From: Thermodesulfobacteriales bacterium
GTDB lineage: Bacteria; Desulfobacterota_D; UBA1144; Nemesobacterales; UBA2774
Length of the DNA stretch: 32,420 bases
Direction of reading: 5' to 3'
Assembly: GCA_004525335.1 (NCBI GenBank)
Contig: SPCL01000003.1
Span: 1-32,420 of the forward strand
This document shows positions 17,196 to 27,938 of this stretch, in pieces (position 1 is the first letter of the stretch; each line of letters opens with the position of its first letter). Made by a program: the position numbers and the translations under genes. Under the pieces are notes generated by a model. It had not been told where the DNA came from. It saw only the letters and a program-made list of their open reading frames with translations, and searched no databases.

Positions 17196-18265
17196 TATTT
17201 ATCTCCGGCTAATTTATATAGTTCATCCACTATCACTTTTGAAGCCTCTGGCTTACCTAACTTTCTTGCACTTACAGACATAGTATTTAGTTTGTCTTTG
17301 TCTAATAGCTTGGTCAATGTGTGAGCCAATTTTTCAGGAGTTGCGTCTTTATCTTCAAGAAGCTCTGAAGCCCCTTGTTCTTCCAGAATTTTCGCATTTT
17401 CAAGCTGATGATTATGCGCAGCATAGGGAAAAGGAACCAGTATTGAAGGTTTTCCAAGCGCAGTAATCTCAGCAATCGTTCCAGCCCCAGCCCTTCCTAT
17501 AACCAGGTCTGATTTGCTGTATGCAAGAGCCATATTATCTATAAATGATAAAACCTCCGCCTTAACCCCATTATCCTTGTATAAATTTTTCACATAGTCG
17601 AAGTCTTTTTTACCCGTTTGGTGAATAATTGAAATATTATTGTGATCAATCCTAGAGAATGCTTCGGGAACTGCTCTATTTAGAGAATATGCTCCCTGAC
17701 TCCCACCAAAAATTAGCACGGAGATGGAATCAGAATTTGGAGAATTATTAGAAGTTTTAAGGATATCTCTCCTGATCGGATTACCTGTTATTAGAACTTT
17801 CTTTGATGGAAAATACTGGACACTAGAATCAAATGAGCCAAAGATTTTCTTAACAAATTTCCCGAGGATACGGTTTGTCACCCCAGGCACAGTGTTCTGT
17901 TCACATATTGCAGTTGGAAGTCTTAGTATTACAGCAGCTAAGAGTAAAGGCCCTGAAACGTAACCACCTACTCCTAAGGCAACATCAGGTTTGAACTTTT
18001 TTATAATTGATATGGAATCTATTAAACCTTTTAAAGCATAAAAAAAAGCAATTACTGTTTTAAATAAGCCTCGCCCCACAAAACCTCTTGAGCTAATATG
18101 CTTTATCTGATAGCCCTTTTTTTGGAGTAATTCGTTCTCCATCCCTTTTTGGGTACCAACAAAAAGGATTTCATCACCATTATTTCTTTCTGATATTTCA
18201 TCGGCAATAGATATTGCGGGAAAAACATGCCCGCCTGTACCACCGCCGGCAATTATTATCCTCAT
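17195..18265 (-). CDS. murG: Undecaprenyl-PP-MurNAc-pentapeptide GlcNAc transferase
   Basis: GGGTGGH, GGYVS, EQN, GNPIR, GGSQGA, RAGAGT..E, HQLENA. Confidence 0.97.
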   Translation of the reverse strand: MRIIIAGGGTGGHVFPAISIADEISERNNGDEILFVGTQKGMENELLQKKGYQIKHISSRGFVGRGLFKTVIAFFYALKGLIDSISIIKKFKPDVALGVGGYVSGPLLLAAVILRLPTAICEQNTVPGVTNRILGKFVKKIFGSFDSSVQYFPSKKVLITGNPIRRDILKTSNNSPNSDSISVLIFGGSQGAYSLNRAVPEAFSRIDHNNISIIHQTGKKDFDYVKNLYKDNGVKAEVLSFIDNMALAYSKSDLVIGRAGAGTIAEITALGKPSILVPFPYAAHNHQLENAKILEEQGASELLEDKDATPEKLAHTLTKLLDKDKLNTMSVSARKLGKPEASKVIVDELYKLAGDK

Positions 18266-19371
18266 TTTATTCCCGATCTAGAGACGTTGAGTATAACTCC
18301 AACTGCCGTCAAACTAGTTATTAAGGAGGTCCCGCCGTAACTGATAAAAGGCAGTGTAAGACCTTTTGTAGGAAATAGACCTACAGCGACAGCCATGTTC
18401 ATTCCTGCTTGAAGAGCAATAAGCACCACGCAACCAAAGACTAGATAGCAGCCGAATAAATCAGGGGCTCTAAGCGATACGCGTAAACTCCTTACCAACA
18501 ATACGATAAAACCTAATATTACCAAGAGTACTCCTATAAAGCCTAACTCCTCTCCGATGATTGAGAAAATAAAATCAGTATGAGCCTGAGGCAAGAAAAA
18601 TAGTTTTTGTGAGCTGTCTCCCAAGCCTGTGCCGTAGACCCCACCCAAGGCAAATGCAATAAAGGATTGAATAGACTGATATCCAGCGCCAAGAGGGTCC
18701 TGCCATGGATCCAGGTATGCAGTAATACGTCTCATTCTATAGCCCTTGGTTAGAACAGCCGCAATAAGCAGTGCAACTGAAACCAGGCCTAAAGGCACAA
18801 GGTATCTGATCCTGACTTCTCCTATAAACATCATGGAAAAGAGAACTGCAATCATTGTTGTGGCGGTACCAAAATCAGGCTCAAGTAGAACTAGAATCAC
18901 ATATATTCCAGCTACTAGAATATGTGAGGCAAATCCTACAACAAAGCTGTCGACTTTATCTCTTTTTTTAGTAAGTGAGTGTGCGAGATATAAAACTAAT
19001 AAATATTTTGCAACCTCAGAGGGCTGGAAGCTAAAGACTCCCAAATCAATCCACCTTCTGGCTCCACCAACATCTTTACCAATTACAAGAACTGCTATGA
19101 GCATAGCTATACCCAGGATATAAGCCGGATAAACCAGCTTTCTAAAAACTCGGTAATCAACACTCATTACAGCAAACATGCCTAAGAGACCTAAAGCAAG
19201 ATACATTGCGTGGCGCTTAAGGTAATAATTAGGGTCTCCATAGTTCTCAATTGAGTAGACAGAACTAGTGCTGTAGACCATCAAGACCCCTATAGCAGTT
19301 AGAAAGACTGCTGAGAGTATAACGCCGATGTCGTAATTCCTACCTTTTGCGGGTTCAAATGTTTTTAACAA
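18262..19371 (-). CDS. ftsW: SEDS peptidoglycan glycosyltransferase FtsW
   Basis: Multi-TM; GARRWI, FQPSEVAK, EPDFGT, LPQAHTDFIF..IGEELG, KGLTLPFISYGGTS. Confidence 0.96.
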   Translation of the reverse strand: MLKTFEPAKGRNYDIGVILSAVFLTAIGVLMVYSTSSVYSIENYGDPNYYLKRHAMYLALGLLGMFAVMSVDYRVFRKLVYPAYILGIAMLIAVLVIGKDVGGARRWIDLGVFSFQPSEVAKYLLVLYLAHSLTKKRDKVDSFVVGFASHILVAGIYVILVLLEPDFGTATTMIAVLFSMMFIGEVRIRYLVPLGLVSVALLIAAVLTKGYRMRRITAYLDPWQDPLGAGYQSIQSFIAFALGGVYGTGLGDSSQKLFFLPQAHTDFIFSIIGEELGFIGVLLVILGFIVLLVRSLRVSLRAPDLFGCYLVFGCVVLIALQAGMNMAVAVGLFPTKGLTLPFISYGGTSLITSLTAVGVILNVSRSGIK

Positions 19372-20683
19372 TTTCTTTAAATTTCATCCCCCTATCTTCG
19401 TAAGAATTAAACATATCAAAACTTGAACAAGCAGGAGAAAATAAAATGGTATCTTCCGCTTGAATGTTATTCTTAGTTATTTGTAGTGCCTCTCTAAGAG
19501 AATCCGCAAATTCACTGGGAACCTTTTCCCCTAACTCAGCTTTAATTCTTTGCTTAGACTCTCCGATAAGAATCATAAGCCTCACTTTCTCATCCACTAA
19601 CTTTTTAAGGGGCTCAAAACTAACCCCCTTATCCTTTCCACCCGCTATGAGTATGATAGGCGAAGGGATACTCTCAAGCGCCCTCAAGGTAGCAGCAGGG
19701 CTTGTAGATTTTGAATCATTATAAACCTTCACTCCTGACAGCTCCCCGACGTATTCATTTCTGTGCTCTAGTGGCTCAAAACTGTTAATCTCCTCTTGAA
19801 TCAACGCCGGATCGCAATCTAAAATGGCCGTGCCTGCTATCGCAGCCATCATATTTTCTATATTGTGTATGCCTAGAAGTTTAGTGGAACCTATATCGTA
19901 ATTATGACCTCTGAATGTTATGTGAGAGCCATTATAAGTTACACCTTCAGTCGCACTATCCTTAGAAAATGGTACTTTTTGTGAATTCACTTTTGGTAAA
20001 TACTTTTTAATAACTTCATCATCATTGTTATAAATAAACCAGTCATCCTCTGATTGATTTGAATAAATTTTCATCTTGGATTCCACATATTCATCAAATG
20101 ATTCGTGGTGATCGAGATGATTGGGTGAGATATTGAGCACTAGAGCTATATGGGGTTTGAAGTCCTTGATTCCCTGGAGCTGAAAACTGCTTAACTCAAG
20201 CACAAGAATATCGAACTTATCAGAATCCTCGGCAATCTGAATAAGAGGAGTGCCGATATTTGCTCCGAGGAAAACTCTCTTGCCATTTCTTTCAAGAATA
20301 CCGGCTATCAAAGTAGATGTAGTGGTCTTACCGTTTGAGCCGGTTATGGCTATTATAGGCGTATCTATAAAACGCCATGCAAGCTCTACTTCACTTATTA
20401 CCTCTATGCCTTGGGCTATGGCTTTCTTAACCTGAGGAATGCTAAATGGGACCCCGGGGCTAAGCACTATAGTTTGGGCCCAAAGAAAAGTCTCATCCGT
20501 ATGAGTTCCTGCTTCTACCTCTACCCCTTTTGGCTGAAGCTCTTTTATAATTTCTTCTATTTTATCAATCGGTGAGCTGTCGCTAACCTTGAGCACTGCT
20601 CCTTTCTTGAGCAAAAAGTTAAGTGTATGCCGACCTGTTTTTCCAAGCCCGACGACAAGTATTTTTCGACCTTTAAGTTCCAT
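19355..20683 (-). CDS. murD: UDP-MurNAc-L-Ala--D-glutamate ligase
   Basis: VVGLGKTG, SPG, ITGSNGKTTT, ELSSFQL, HLDHH, NDSK, SPACSSFDMF. Confidence 0.96.
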   Translation of the reverse strand: MELKGRKILVVGLGKTGRHTLNFLLKKGAVLKVSDSSPIDKIEEIIKELQPKGVEVEAGTHTDETFLWAQTIVLSPGVPFSIPQVKKAIAQGIEVISEVELAWRFIDTPIIAITGSNGKTTTSTLIAGILERNGKRVFLGANIGTPLIQIAEDSDKFDILVLELSSFQLQGIKDFKPHIALVLNISPNHLDHHESFDEYVESKMKIYSNQSEDDWFIYNNDDEVIKKYLPKVNSQKVPFSKDSATEGVTYNGSHITFRGHNYDIGSTKLLGIHNIENMMAAIAGTAILDCDPALIQEEINSFEPLEHRNEYVGELSGVKVYNDSKSTSPAATLRALESIPSPIILIAGGKDKGVSFEPLKKLVDEKVRLMILIGESKQRIKAELGEKVPSEFADSLREALQITKNNIQAEDTILFSPACSSFDMFNSYEDRGMKFKEIVKNI

Positions 20684-20731
20684 TTATCTCTCTAAAAACA
20701 ATCTTCATTTATACTAATTATGACTAAGTCT

Positions 20732-21841
20732 CTACCTGAGTTTGAGAGTCGAAAGGGCAAAGAGGGCAAGGACTAAGGATATAATCCAGAACCTAATAAC
20801 TACTTTAGATTCGGACCACCCGCTTAATTCAAAATGATGATGTAGTGGCGCCATCTTGAAAACTCTTTTACCTCTTAGTTTAAAGGAAAAAACCTGAATA
20901 ATTACAGATAGAGCCTCTGCAACAAAAATCCCGCCCACTATAAGGAGTAATAATTCCTGTTTGATTATTAATGCAACTGAACCAATTGCTGCGCCTAGTG
21001 CAAGTGAGCCGACATCGCCCATAAAAACCTCTGCAGGATGTGAATTGTACCAGAGAAATCCAAGGCACGCCCCACCCACTGCGGCTAGGTATACGGCAAG
21101 CTCTCCTCCTTGCGGTATATATGGAATCTGAAGATAACTTGAGAATTCCTGATGTCCGGAGAGATAGGCAAAAACAATATATGTTGCCGTGGCTACCAAT
21201 ATCGATCCGATCGCAAGACCATCCAAACCGTCCGTTAAATTCACGGAGTTTGAAGCCCCTACAACAACTAATACTCCAAAAGGTATATAAAACCAGCTGA
21301 GATTTAATACTGCATTTTTGAAGAATGGGATAATTATGGAGGTATAGGAATAGTCGGTAGCTTCACTTCCGCTAACGACCATGCTAAATCCGTTTATCTC
21401 GCTTAATATCAAAGCAACAAAAAGAGTTCCGAAGACTATTTGCAAAAGGAACTTTACTCTTGCGCTCATCCCCTTTCCTTTTGAGTACTTTAGCCAGTCA
21501 TCAAGAAAGCCAATCAGTGCATAACTAAAAGTAAAAAGAAGAACAGTCCACATCACCTGGCTTGTAAGATCCACCCATAGAATTGTAGATATAGCTATAG
21601 AGATAACAATAAAGGCGCCCCCCATAGTGGGAGTACCGGCTTTCGTTTTATGGCTATCAGGTCCGTCCTCTCGAATATTTTCTCTGAACTGCCTTCTGGC
21701 AAGGAATCTAATAAAAACTCCCCCCAAGATTATGCTTATCAGAAATGCAGTTACACCGGCCCCGAACGAGCGGAAAGTTATATATCTGAAAACATTAAAT
21801 ATAACGAAATCCTCTTTAAGAAGATAAAGAAGATGAAACAT
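20732..21841 (-). CDS. mraY: Phospho-MurNAc-pentapeptide transferase
   Basis: KAGTPTMGG, GFLDD, NLTDGLDGL, FMGDVGS, MAPLHHHFE. Confidence 0.97.
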   Translation of the reverse strand: MFHLLYLLKEDFVIFNVFRYITFRSFGAGVTAFLISIILGGVFIRFLARRQFRENIREDGPDSHKTKAGTPTMGGAFIVISIAISTILWVDLTSQVMWTVLLFTFSYALIGFLDDWLKYSKGKGMSARVKFLLQIVFGTLFVALILSEINGFSMVVSGSEATDYSYTSIIIPFFKNAVLNLSWFYIPFGVLVVVGASNSVNLTDGLDGLAIGSILVATATYIVFAYLSGHQEFSSYLQIPYIPQGGELAVYLAAVGGACLGFLWYNSHPAEVFMGDVGSLALGAAIGSVALIIKQELLLLIVGGIFVAEALSVIIQVFSFKLRGKRVFKMAPLHHHFELSGWSESKVVIRFWIISLVLALFALSTLKLR

Positions 21842-21847
21842 TTTCCA

Positions 21848-23230
21848 TTACTCCTTTGATAATTCTTTGATTACAAGCTCCATTTTAGAACCGCGAGAAC
21901 CTTTTACCAAAACCAAGTCGTCTGGATTAGCTAAATCGATCAAGATTTTCGCTGCTTCTTCATGTGTACTTACAACTATACCGTCTGTAGAATTGCCATA
22001 ACCTTCTAAGATTTGATGCGCGAATTTGCCGTACAAAATTACACTATCTACTCCACTTGAGGATAAGTATTTACCGATTTCCAGATGTTCATGCTCACTA
22101 CCCTCTCCAAGCTCAAGCATATCTCCCAATACAGCTATAGTTTTTCCTTTACCTTTTAATCTAACGAGTTCATCAATAGCTCGTTTCATCGAATCCGGAT
22201 TGGCGTTGTAGGCGTCATTAATTATTTTAAAGCCATAAGGAGTGTCCAGAACTTCAAGGCGCATATGTGTTGGTGCATAGCTTGCCAAACCTTCCTGAAT
22301 TTGTGAAATGTCGCATCCTAGAGATATTGCGATTCCGGCAGCGCACAAGGAGTTCATGACGTTATGAAGACCAATACCTTTTATACTTATAGGAAATTCT
22401 TCGCTCGACACATTCATTGTGAACTTTATACTTGAGAGATCATTAGATTCTATATCATGCGCTGTAATCATAGCGTCTTTGGAATTAATTCCATAAGTGA
22501 TTTTCTGGCAATTTAGGCTGTTTGCTATTTTTTCTACCCGTGGGTCGTCAAGATTTACAACGAAAATGTTTCCCTCGTTAAAATTCTCTACCAACTCCCC
22601 CTTTGCTTTGGCTACGCCGTCCAGCCCTCCCAGTTTTTCTAAGTGAGCGTGACCTATATTGGTTATAGCACCAACATCAGGACGAGCGATTTCAGATAAT
22701 CTTTTCAGCTCTCCAAAGTCATTCATTCCAACTTCTACAACTGCAGCGCTGTAGTCTTTATTCAATTGAAAAAGGGTTAATGGCAGCCCAATAAGATTGT
22801 TGAAATTACCGGTATTCTTTAAAGTATTATGTTTTAAAGAGACTATACTCCAGGTCATTTCCTTTGTTGTTGTTTTTCCATTGGAGCCGGTAATTGCAGC
22901 GACTTTTAAATCTGGGAAGCTCATTCTCCAACTTGTGGCGAGATCCCCCAAAGCCTTAAGCGTTGAAGGGACTTGTATCAAAACTTTATCATTTAAATCT
23001 TCTGATAAAGGGCTTTCTACCACTGCACCGCTAGCACCACCATCAAAGGCCTGTAAGACAAAATCCTGCCCGTTAAAATTGTCCCCTTTCAAAGCAAAAA
23101 AGATTTCATCTTTAGTAATTTTTCTCGTATCCGTAGAAACTCCGCTAAACATACTAGCAGTCTTCCCTGAGAGTAATCTCCCTTTGGTTGAGTTAAGAAT
23201 AAAATCTAGATCAATCATATTATTATCCAA
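21848..23230 (-). CDS. murF: UDP-MurNAc-tripeptide--D-Ala-D-Ala ligase
   Basis: STDTR, ITGSNGKTTTK, NFNNLIGLP, NDAYNANP, GDMLELG, VKGSRG. Start is TTG 23230 or ATG 23218. Confidence 0.95.
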   Translation of the reverse strand: MDNNMIDLDFILNSTKGRLLSGKTASMFSGVSTDTRKITKDEIFFALKGDNFNGQDFVLQAFDGGASGAVVESPLSEDLNDKVLIQVPSTLKALGDLATSWRMSFPDLKVAAITGSNGKTTTKEMTWSIVSLKHNTLKNTGNFNNLIGLPLTLFQLNKDYSAAVVEVGMNDFGELKRLSEIARPDVGAITNIGHAHLEKLGGLDGVAKAKGELVENFNEGNIFVVNLDDPRVEKIANSLNCQKITYGINSKDAMITAHDIESNDLSSIKFTMNVSSEEFPISIKGIGLHNVMNSLCAAGIAISLGCDISQIQEGLASYAPTHMRLEVLDTPYGFKIINDAYNANPDSMKRAIDELVRLKGKGKTIAVLGDMLELGEGSEHEHLEIGKYLSSSGVDSVILYGKFAHQILEGYGNSTDGIVVSTHEEAAKILIDLANPDDLVLVKGSRGSKMELVIKELSKE

Positions 23231-23234
23231 ATAA

Positions 23235-24719
23235 CTAAATCTCTTTTAAGGCTTCTCTAGCAATTTCTCTATCGTCAAACGGGTACTTAGTCGTTCCTAT
23301 AATCTGATAGTCCTCATGTCCTTTGCCTGCAATTAGAATCGTATCGTTTTTCTGAGCAGATATTATAGCTTGTTTGATTGCTTGTGCCCTATCCGCAATT
23401 CGGTAATATGGCTTTTCACTTTTCCGGGCTTGATAAACACCTTGCTCGATATGATCTAAAATAACTTCAGGATCCTCAGTCCGAGGATTGTCCGACGTTA
23501 CGATGAGTACATCTGATAGTTCCTTACCTATCTTTCCCATAAGCGGGCGTTTCGCATTATCACGATCACCGCCGCATCCAAATACTAGTATTAATCTTCC
23601 TTTAGTAAGAGGTCTTGAAGCCAGAAGGACATTCTTAAGAGCATCGGGAGTATGTGCATAATCTACCAGCACATTAAAACCATTCTCATTTGGAATCCCT
23701 TCTAATCTTCCCGGAACGGAGTCTATATTAGCTATGCCCTTCTCAATATCTTCGTTTGACGTTCCTAAAGAACAAGCTGTAGCAACTGCGGCCAGAATGT
23801 TTGATAAATTGTGCTCGCCAAAAAGGGTTGATTTAATCTGTAATTCGCCCTTTGGAGTTACCACGTTTGCCTCGATACCGCTCTGTGTTATTGCTGAAAA
23901 TTGTGCATATACGCTAGCATTAGGATTTGTAATAGAATATGTAACAATGTTACCTGAAACATCTTCGACTAAGCGGGCTCCAAAAGGATCATCAATATTT
24001 ATTGTTGAATATTTCTCTTCCTTTTCGCTCTCTTCTAAAAACTCCGTGAAGAGCCTTTTCTTAACTTCAAAATAGTTCTCCATTGAGTCGTGATAATCTA
24101 GGTGATCTTGAGTTAAATTAGTAAACACAGCCGCATCAAAATGACACTGTGCCACTCTTTGTTTATCGATTGCATGTGAAGAAACTTCCATTGCCACAGT
24201 TTCTACTCCTGATTCCCTCATTTCCCTAAACATCCCCATAAGGTCTAAAGATTCGGGGGTTGTCATGGGTGATTGCTTCATTATATCTGCGTAACGGTAA
24301 TCAATAGTGCCTATAATCCCGGATTTCTTATTTTGATGCTGCCATATCGATTCCAATAAATAGGTAATCGTGGTCTTTCCATTTGTGCCGGTAATGCCAA
24401 CAAGTGTGAGTTCTTTTGTTGGGTGTCTGAAAAAATTAGCCGAAACTACTGCAAGCGCGGCCCTGGAATCATTAACTTGAACTACTGAAACTTCTTGAGA
24501 ATTAATTTCCGGTACCTTTTCAACAATAAGGGCTTTAGCGCCGTTTGTAACTGCAGAATCAATGTAGCTATGGCCGTCTGTGTTTTCGCCTTTTAATGCT
24601 ACAAATAAAAAACCCTCTTTAACCTTCTTTGAATCAAAAGAAATACCAGAAATATTTAAGTCGAAATTCCCTTTAAAATTTACAATATCAATATCATTTA
24701 GCAGTTCTCTAAGGATCAT
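23235..24719 (-). CDS. murE: UDP-MurNAc-dipeptide--meso-diaminopimelate ligase
   Basis: ITGTNGKTT, MEVSSHA, DHLDYH, DYAHTPD, GCGGDRD, AGKGHE; the DNPR motif indicates meso-DAP specificity. Confidence 0.97.
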   Translation of the reverse strand: MILRELLNDIDIVNFKGNFDLNISGISFDSKKVKEGFLFVALKGENTDGHSYIDSAVTNGAKALIVEKVPEINSQEVSVVQVNDSRAALAVVSANFFRHPTKELTLVGITGTNGKTTITYLLESIWQHQNKKSGIIGTIDYRYADIMKQSPMTTPESLDLMGMFREMRESGVETVAMEVSSHAIDKQRVAQCHFDAAVFTNLTQDHLDYHDSMENYFEVKKRLFTEFLEESEKEEKYSTINIDDPFGARLVEDVSGNIVTYSITNPNASVYAQFSAITQSGIEANVVTPKGELQIKSTLFGEHNLSNILAAVATACSLGTSNEDIEKGIANIDSVPGRLEGIPNENGFNVLVDYAHTPDALKNVLLASRPLTKGRLILVFGCGGDRDNAKRPLMGKIGKELSDVLIVTSDNPRTEDPEVILDHIEQGVYQARKSEKPYYRIADRAQAIKQAIISAQKNDTILIAGKGHEDYQIIGTTKYPFDDREIAREALKEI

Positions 24720-26641
24720 ATTTGTTGTTTAAGCTCAATTGAGCAAACCGTTCCCTCTTTAATCAAATCTCCCGGCAGAGGTTTCTGGGTAGTGACAAAT
24801 CCACTGCCTTTTACATCCACCTTAACTCCTTGTTCTTCTGACCATTTAAGAATGTCCCTAACACTCATGCCGCTAAGATCCGGCATTACCGTCATCCCGA
24901 CAAGCTCTTTTTTGGGACTTACACCCATATGGAAAAGTACTTTTTCCGCTATCTGCTTGAAAATAGGGCCTGCTACTGAGCCTCCATAAGTTTTTTTCCT
25001 TGGAGCTTCTACAACCACTGCCATAACTATTTTGGGATTTTCCACAGGAGTAAAGCCAATAAAAGAAGCTATATACCTGTCCGAGTAATAACCTCCGGAC
25101 TTGGGGTCAGGAATTTGTGCTGTACCGGTTTTTCCAGCTACCGAGAATCCCGGGATTTGAGCTTTTTTACCTGTTCCGTCTTCTACCACACTTTGTAGTA
25201 TTTGCTTCATCTGATGAGAGGTATCATAGGATATAACTCTAGTAACAACTTCAGGTTTGTTTTCCGTAACTATATTGCCTTCAGGATCCACTATCTTCTC
25301 TATCACATAGGGCTTCATAAGATATCCGCCGTTAGCAATTGCAGAAAGCGCTGTGACAACCTGGAGTGAAGTCACTGAAATACCTTGACCAAATGAAATA
25401 GTAGCAAGTTCTATAGGTCCCCATTTTCTTGGGCTTGCAAGCAGACCTTTGGATTCCCCTGGAAGTCCTATGCCTGTTTTTTCTCCGAAGCCGAATTTCT
25501 TTAAATATTTATAGTACGTATCACGCCCCATGAGCTCCCCAATCTTGGAGGCGCCAATGTTGCTTGAGTACTTTACAATTTCTGACACTGTAAGGGTGCC
25601 CCGTGGATGTACATCTTTTATAACCGCAGAGCCGATTTTTCTTCTGCCGTTCTCACAATTAAACTGGGAGTTTGGATTTACTTTTTTGTCTTCAATTGCA
25701 GATGCTGCAAGAAAAACTTTCATTGTCGAGCCTGGTTCATGCGCATACCAGATAGGAAGGTTTCTTCTATTTGACTCAGGAAATTTACTATATGAGTTTG
25801 GATCTATAAAAGGATACGAAGCCATAGCGAGTACTTCACCTGTTTCGGGATTCATTATTAGGGCCATACCTTTTTCACCGCCCACCCCTTCTATCCCCTC
25901 TTTTAATTCTCGCTCGACTATATGCTGTATTTGGGAATCAATTGTAAGAACAATGTCGTTTCCAGAGCTTTCGTCTCTATCAATTTCCTGTATCTCATTT
26001 GGATCGCTTAAAATCTTATTCCCTCGAGCGTCCCTTTTTAACGTGATTTTTCTGGTCTTGCCAATTAGAGAGCTGTCATAGCGGTACTCGATTCCCTCAA
26101 TACCTATAGAATCAAGATCAGTGAATCCGATTACTTGCCCTAGTAGAGTACCGTTGGGGTAAATTCTCTTAGGCTCTGGAATAAAGCCCAGGCCTTTCAT
26201 ATCAGAGTTTTGAAGTTCTTCTGCAGGTTTTGAGTCTGCAAGTCTTTTGATCCAGACAAAAGATTTATCTGAAGCCACTCTATTATAGATTCTCTCCTCA
26301 GGAAGATTAAGTTTTTCAGATAGAATCTTTGCTGTCTCCTTGGGATTTATAACATTTTTTGGGTTTGCGTATATAGATTTTACATCTATGTTTACAGCCA
26401 ATTCCTTACCATTTCTATCAAAAATTTTCCCTCTTCTAGGAAGAAGGGTAGAAGTGCCTTGATGCTGCTTTCTAGCCATTTTGAACGCTCTCTCACGATC
26501 CAGAACTTGGAGTTCAAGCGCTTTTACTGAGACCATAGCAAAGAGTGCAATTATAAGAGTGGCAATTATAAATACTCTCCAACGGGGTTTATCCAAATCC
26601 CGTGCAAGAGAAATTCTTTTTGTGCTTCTCTTTGGCTTCAT
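24716..26641 (-). CDS. ftsI: Class B penicillin-binding protein FtsI with a C-terminal PASTA-like domain
   Basis: N-terminal TM, RGKIFDRNG, catalytic SxxK (STMK), SxN (SSN) and KTG; C-terminal MPDLSGMS...GSG.V..Q.P.PG. Confidence 0.95.
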   Translation of the reverse strand: MKPKRSTKRISLARDLDKPRWRVFIIATLIIALFAMVSVKALELQVLDRERAFKMARKQHQGTSTLLPRRGKIFDRNGKELAVNIDVKSIYANPKNVINPKETAKILSEKLNLPEERIYNRVASDKSFVWIKRLADSKPAEELQNSDMKGLGFIPEPKRIYPNGTLLGQVIGFTDLDSIGIEGIEYRYDSSLIGKTRKITLKRDARGNKILSDPNEIQEIDRDESSGNDIVLTIDSQIQHIVERELKEGIEGVGGEKGMALIMNPETGEVLAMASYPFIDPNSYSKFPESNRRNLPIWYAHEPGSTMKVFLAASAIEDKKVNPNSQFNCENGRRKIGSAVIKDVHPRGTLTVSEIVKYSSNIGASKIGELMGRDTYYKYLKKFGFGEKTGIGLPGESKGLLASPRKWGPIELATISFGQGISVTSLQVVTALSAIANGGYLMKPYVIEKIVDPEGNIVTENKPEVVTRVISYDTSHQMKQILQSVVEDGTGKKAQIPGFSVAGKTGTAQIPDPKSGGYYSDRYIASFIGFTPVENPKIVMAVVVEAPRKKTYGGSVAGPIFKQIAEKVLFHMGVSPKKELVGMTVMPDLSGMSVRDILKWSEEQGVKVDVKGSGFVTTQKPLPGDLIKEGTVCSIELKQQI

Positions 26642-26973
26642 TACTTACCCACTACTTTATTTTTTTCGATATATATAATGTCTTCTTGCGTTGGAAACTT
26701 AAATCCTAACTGAGTAGCCGATTTTTCAAGCTTCTCTGGAGATTTCAGTGTCATAAAGTCTGATTGAAGTGTTCTATTATCTTTTAACAGATCTTCGGTT
26801 TTTTTCTTATTTCTTGATATCTCGTATCCCAGGCTTAACTCTTCAACTTTGATTCGTACATAAACAAGAGAAAGCCCAATAGCTATTAATATCAGAACTA
26901 TCATTCCTATGGATAAGATAGAACTGCCGGACTGCTTTCTTTCTTTTTTTCTAGATGTTTTTAGAATAGACAT
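26641..26973 (-). CDS. ftsL: Cell division protein FtsL
   Basis: Basic N-terminus, one TM helix, coiled coil ending LKSPEKLEKSA..LG..P; lies between rsmH and ftsI. Start moved to ATG 26973, just after the rsmH stop. Confidence 0.85.
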   Translation of the reverse strand: MSILKTSRKKERKQSGSSILSIGMIVLILIAIGLSLVYVRIKVEELSLGYEISRNKKKTEDLLKDNRTLQSDFMTLKSPEKLEKSATQLGFKFPTQEDIIYIEKNKVVGK

Positions 26974-26974
26974 A

Positions 26975-27934
26975 TCAGAGTTTCTCGCCCACTCGCATTT
27001 TTGCACTTCTGGACCGAGGGTTATTCATTACCTCCTCTTCACTTGGAATAAGTGGGGAGCGGGTAATAATATTGATCTCGCTTTTTTTACCACATCCGCA
27101 CATTGGTAAATCCGGTGGGCAGATACACGGAGAGTATAGGTTTTGAAATAAATTCTTAACAATCCGATCCTCAAGAGAATGAAATGAAATGATAACTAAT
27201 CTGCCTCCTGTTTTGAGAAGAGGTATTGCCTTACCAATAAACTCTTCTATGTTATCGAGTTCATGGTTAACTGCTATCCTAAAAGCCTGGAATGTTTTGG
27301 TCGCCGGATGTATCCTGGCAGGGTGAAATTTCTTGGGAATTGCCTCATAAACCAGGTTGGCTAATTCTGCTGATGTTGAAATAGGCTTATCTTCTCTCGT
27401 TTGTACTATACGTTTCGCAATCCTTCTTGACCACCTTTCCTCACCGTATACTTTTAGAACTTTAGATATTTCATCAACACTCATCTCGTTAACCAAATCA
27501 AAAGCAGTAAACCTTAACCTAGCATCCATTCGCATATCTAAGCGTTCATCACGAATGAAACTAAATCCTCTTTGACTAGAATCAAGCTGAAATGAAGACA
27601 TTCCTAGATCAGCAACAATTCCATCTACTTCTTCTATCTCAAGGTCCAAAAGAACCCTGTCTATCTCTGAGAAATTGCTATTCCTAAAAACTACATTGCT
27701 TTTGTACTTGGATAAATTATTACTAGCGATGGTAATAGCCTCTTCATCTACATCAAGGCCTATAATACGGGATTGATAGTTTGTATAATCTAATATTTCT
27801 TTAGTGTGTCCGCCCAGGCCTAGAGTTGCGTCAACATACAATCCATCTTCTCTAGTAATCAAGTTGTCTAGAACTTCCTCAGTCATAACCGGTATATGGG
27901 CCGGAGCCTTTTGTTCTAAAATGGCATTTTCCAC
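26975..27934 (-). CDS. rsmH: 16S rRNA m4C1402 methyltransferase
   Basis: HIPVM, DATLGLGGH, DLGMSSFQLD, LDMRMD, FQAFRIAVN, ISFHSLEDR, NPRSRSAK. Start moved to GTG 27934, just after the mraZ stop and preceded by AAGGA. Confidence 0.96.
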   Translation of the reverse strand: MENAILEQKAPAHIPVMTEEVLDNLITREDGLYVDATLGLGGHTKEILDYTNYQSRIIGLDVDEEAITIASNNLSKYKSNVVFRNSNFSEIDRVLLDLEIEEVDGIVADLGMSSFQLDSSQRGFSFIRDERLDMRMDARLRFTAFDLVNEMSVDEISKVLKVYGEERWSRRIAKRIVQTREDKPISTSAELANLVYEAIPKKFHPARIHPATKTFQAFRIAVNHELDNIEEFIGKAIPLLKTGGRLVIISFHSLEDRIVKNLFQNLYSPCICPPDLPMCGCGKKSEINIITRSPLIPSEEEVMNNPRSRSAKMRVGEKL

Positions 27935-27938
27935 GGTC

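Noticed and set aside
445-27575. Many 60-184 aa ORFs overlapping core genes (e.g. 8384-8938, 22797-23234, 25530-26081)
   Set aside because: They are antisense or alternate-frame shadows of well-supported genes, with no recognisable motifs.
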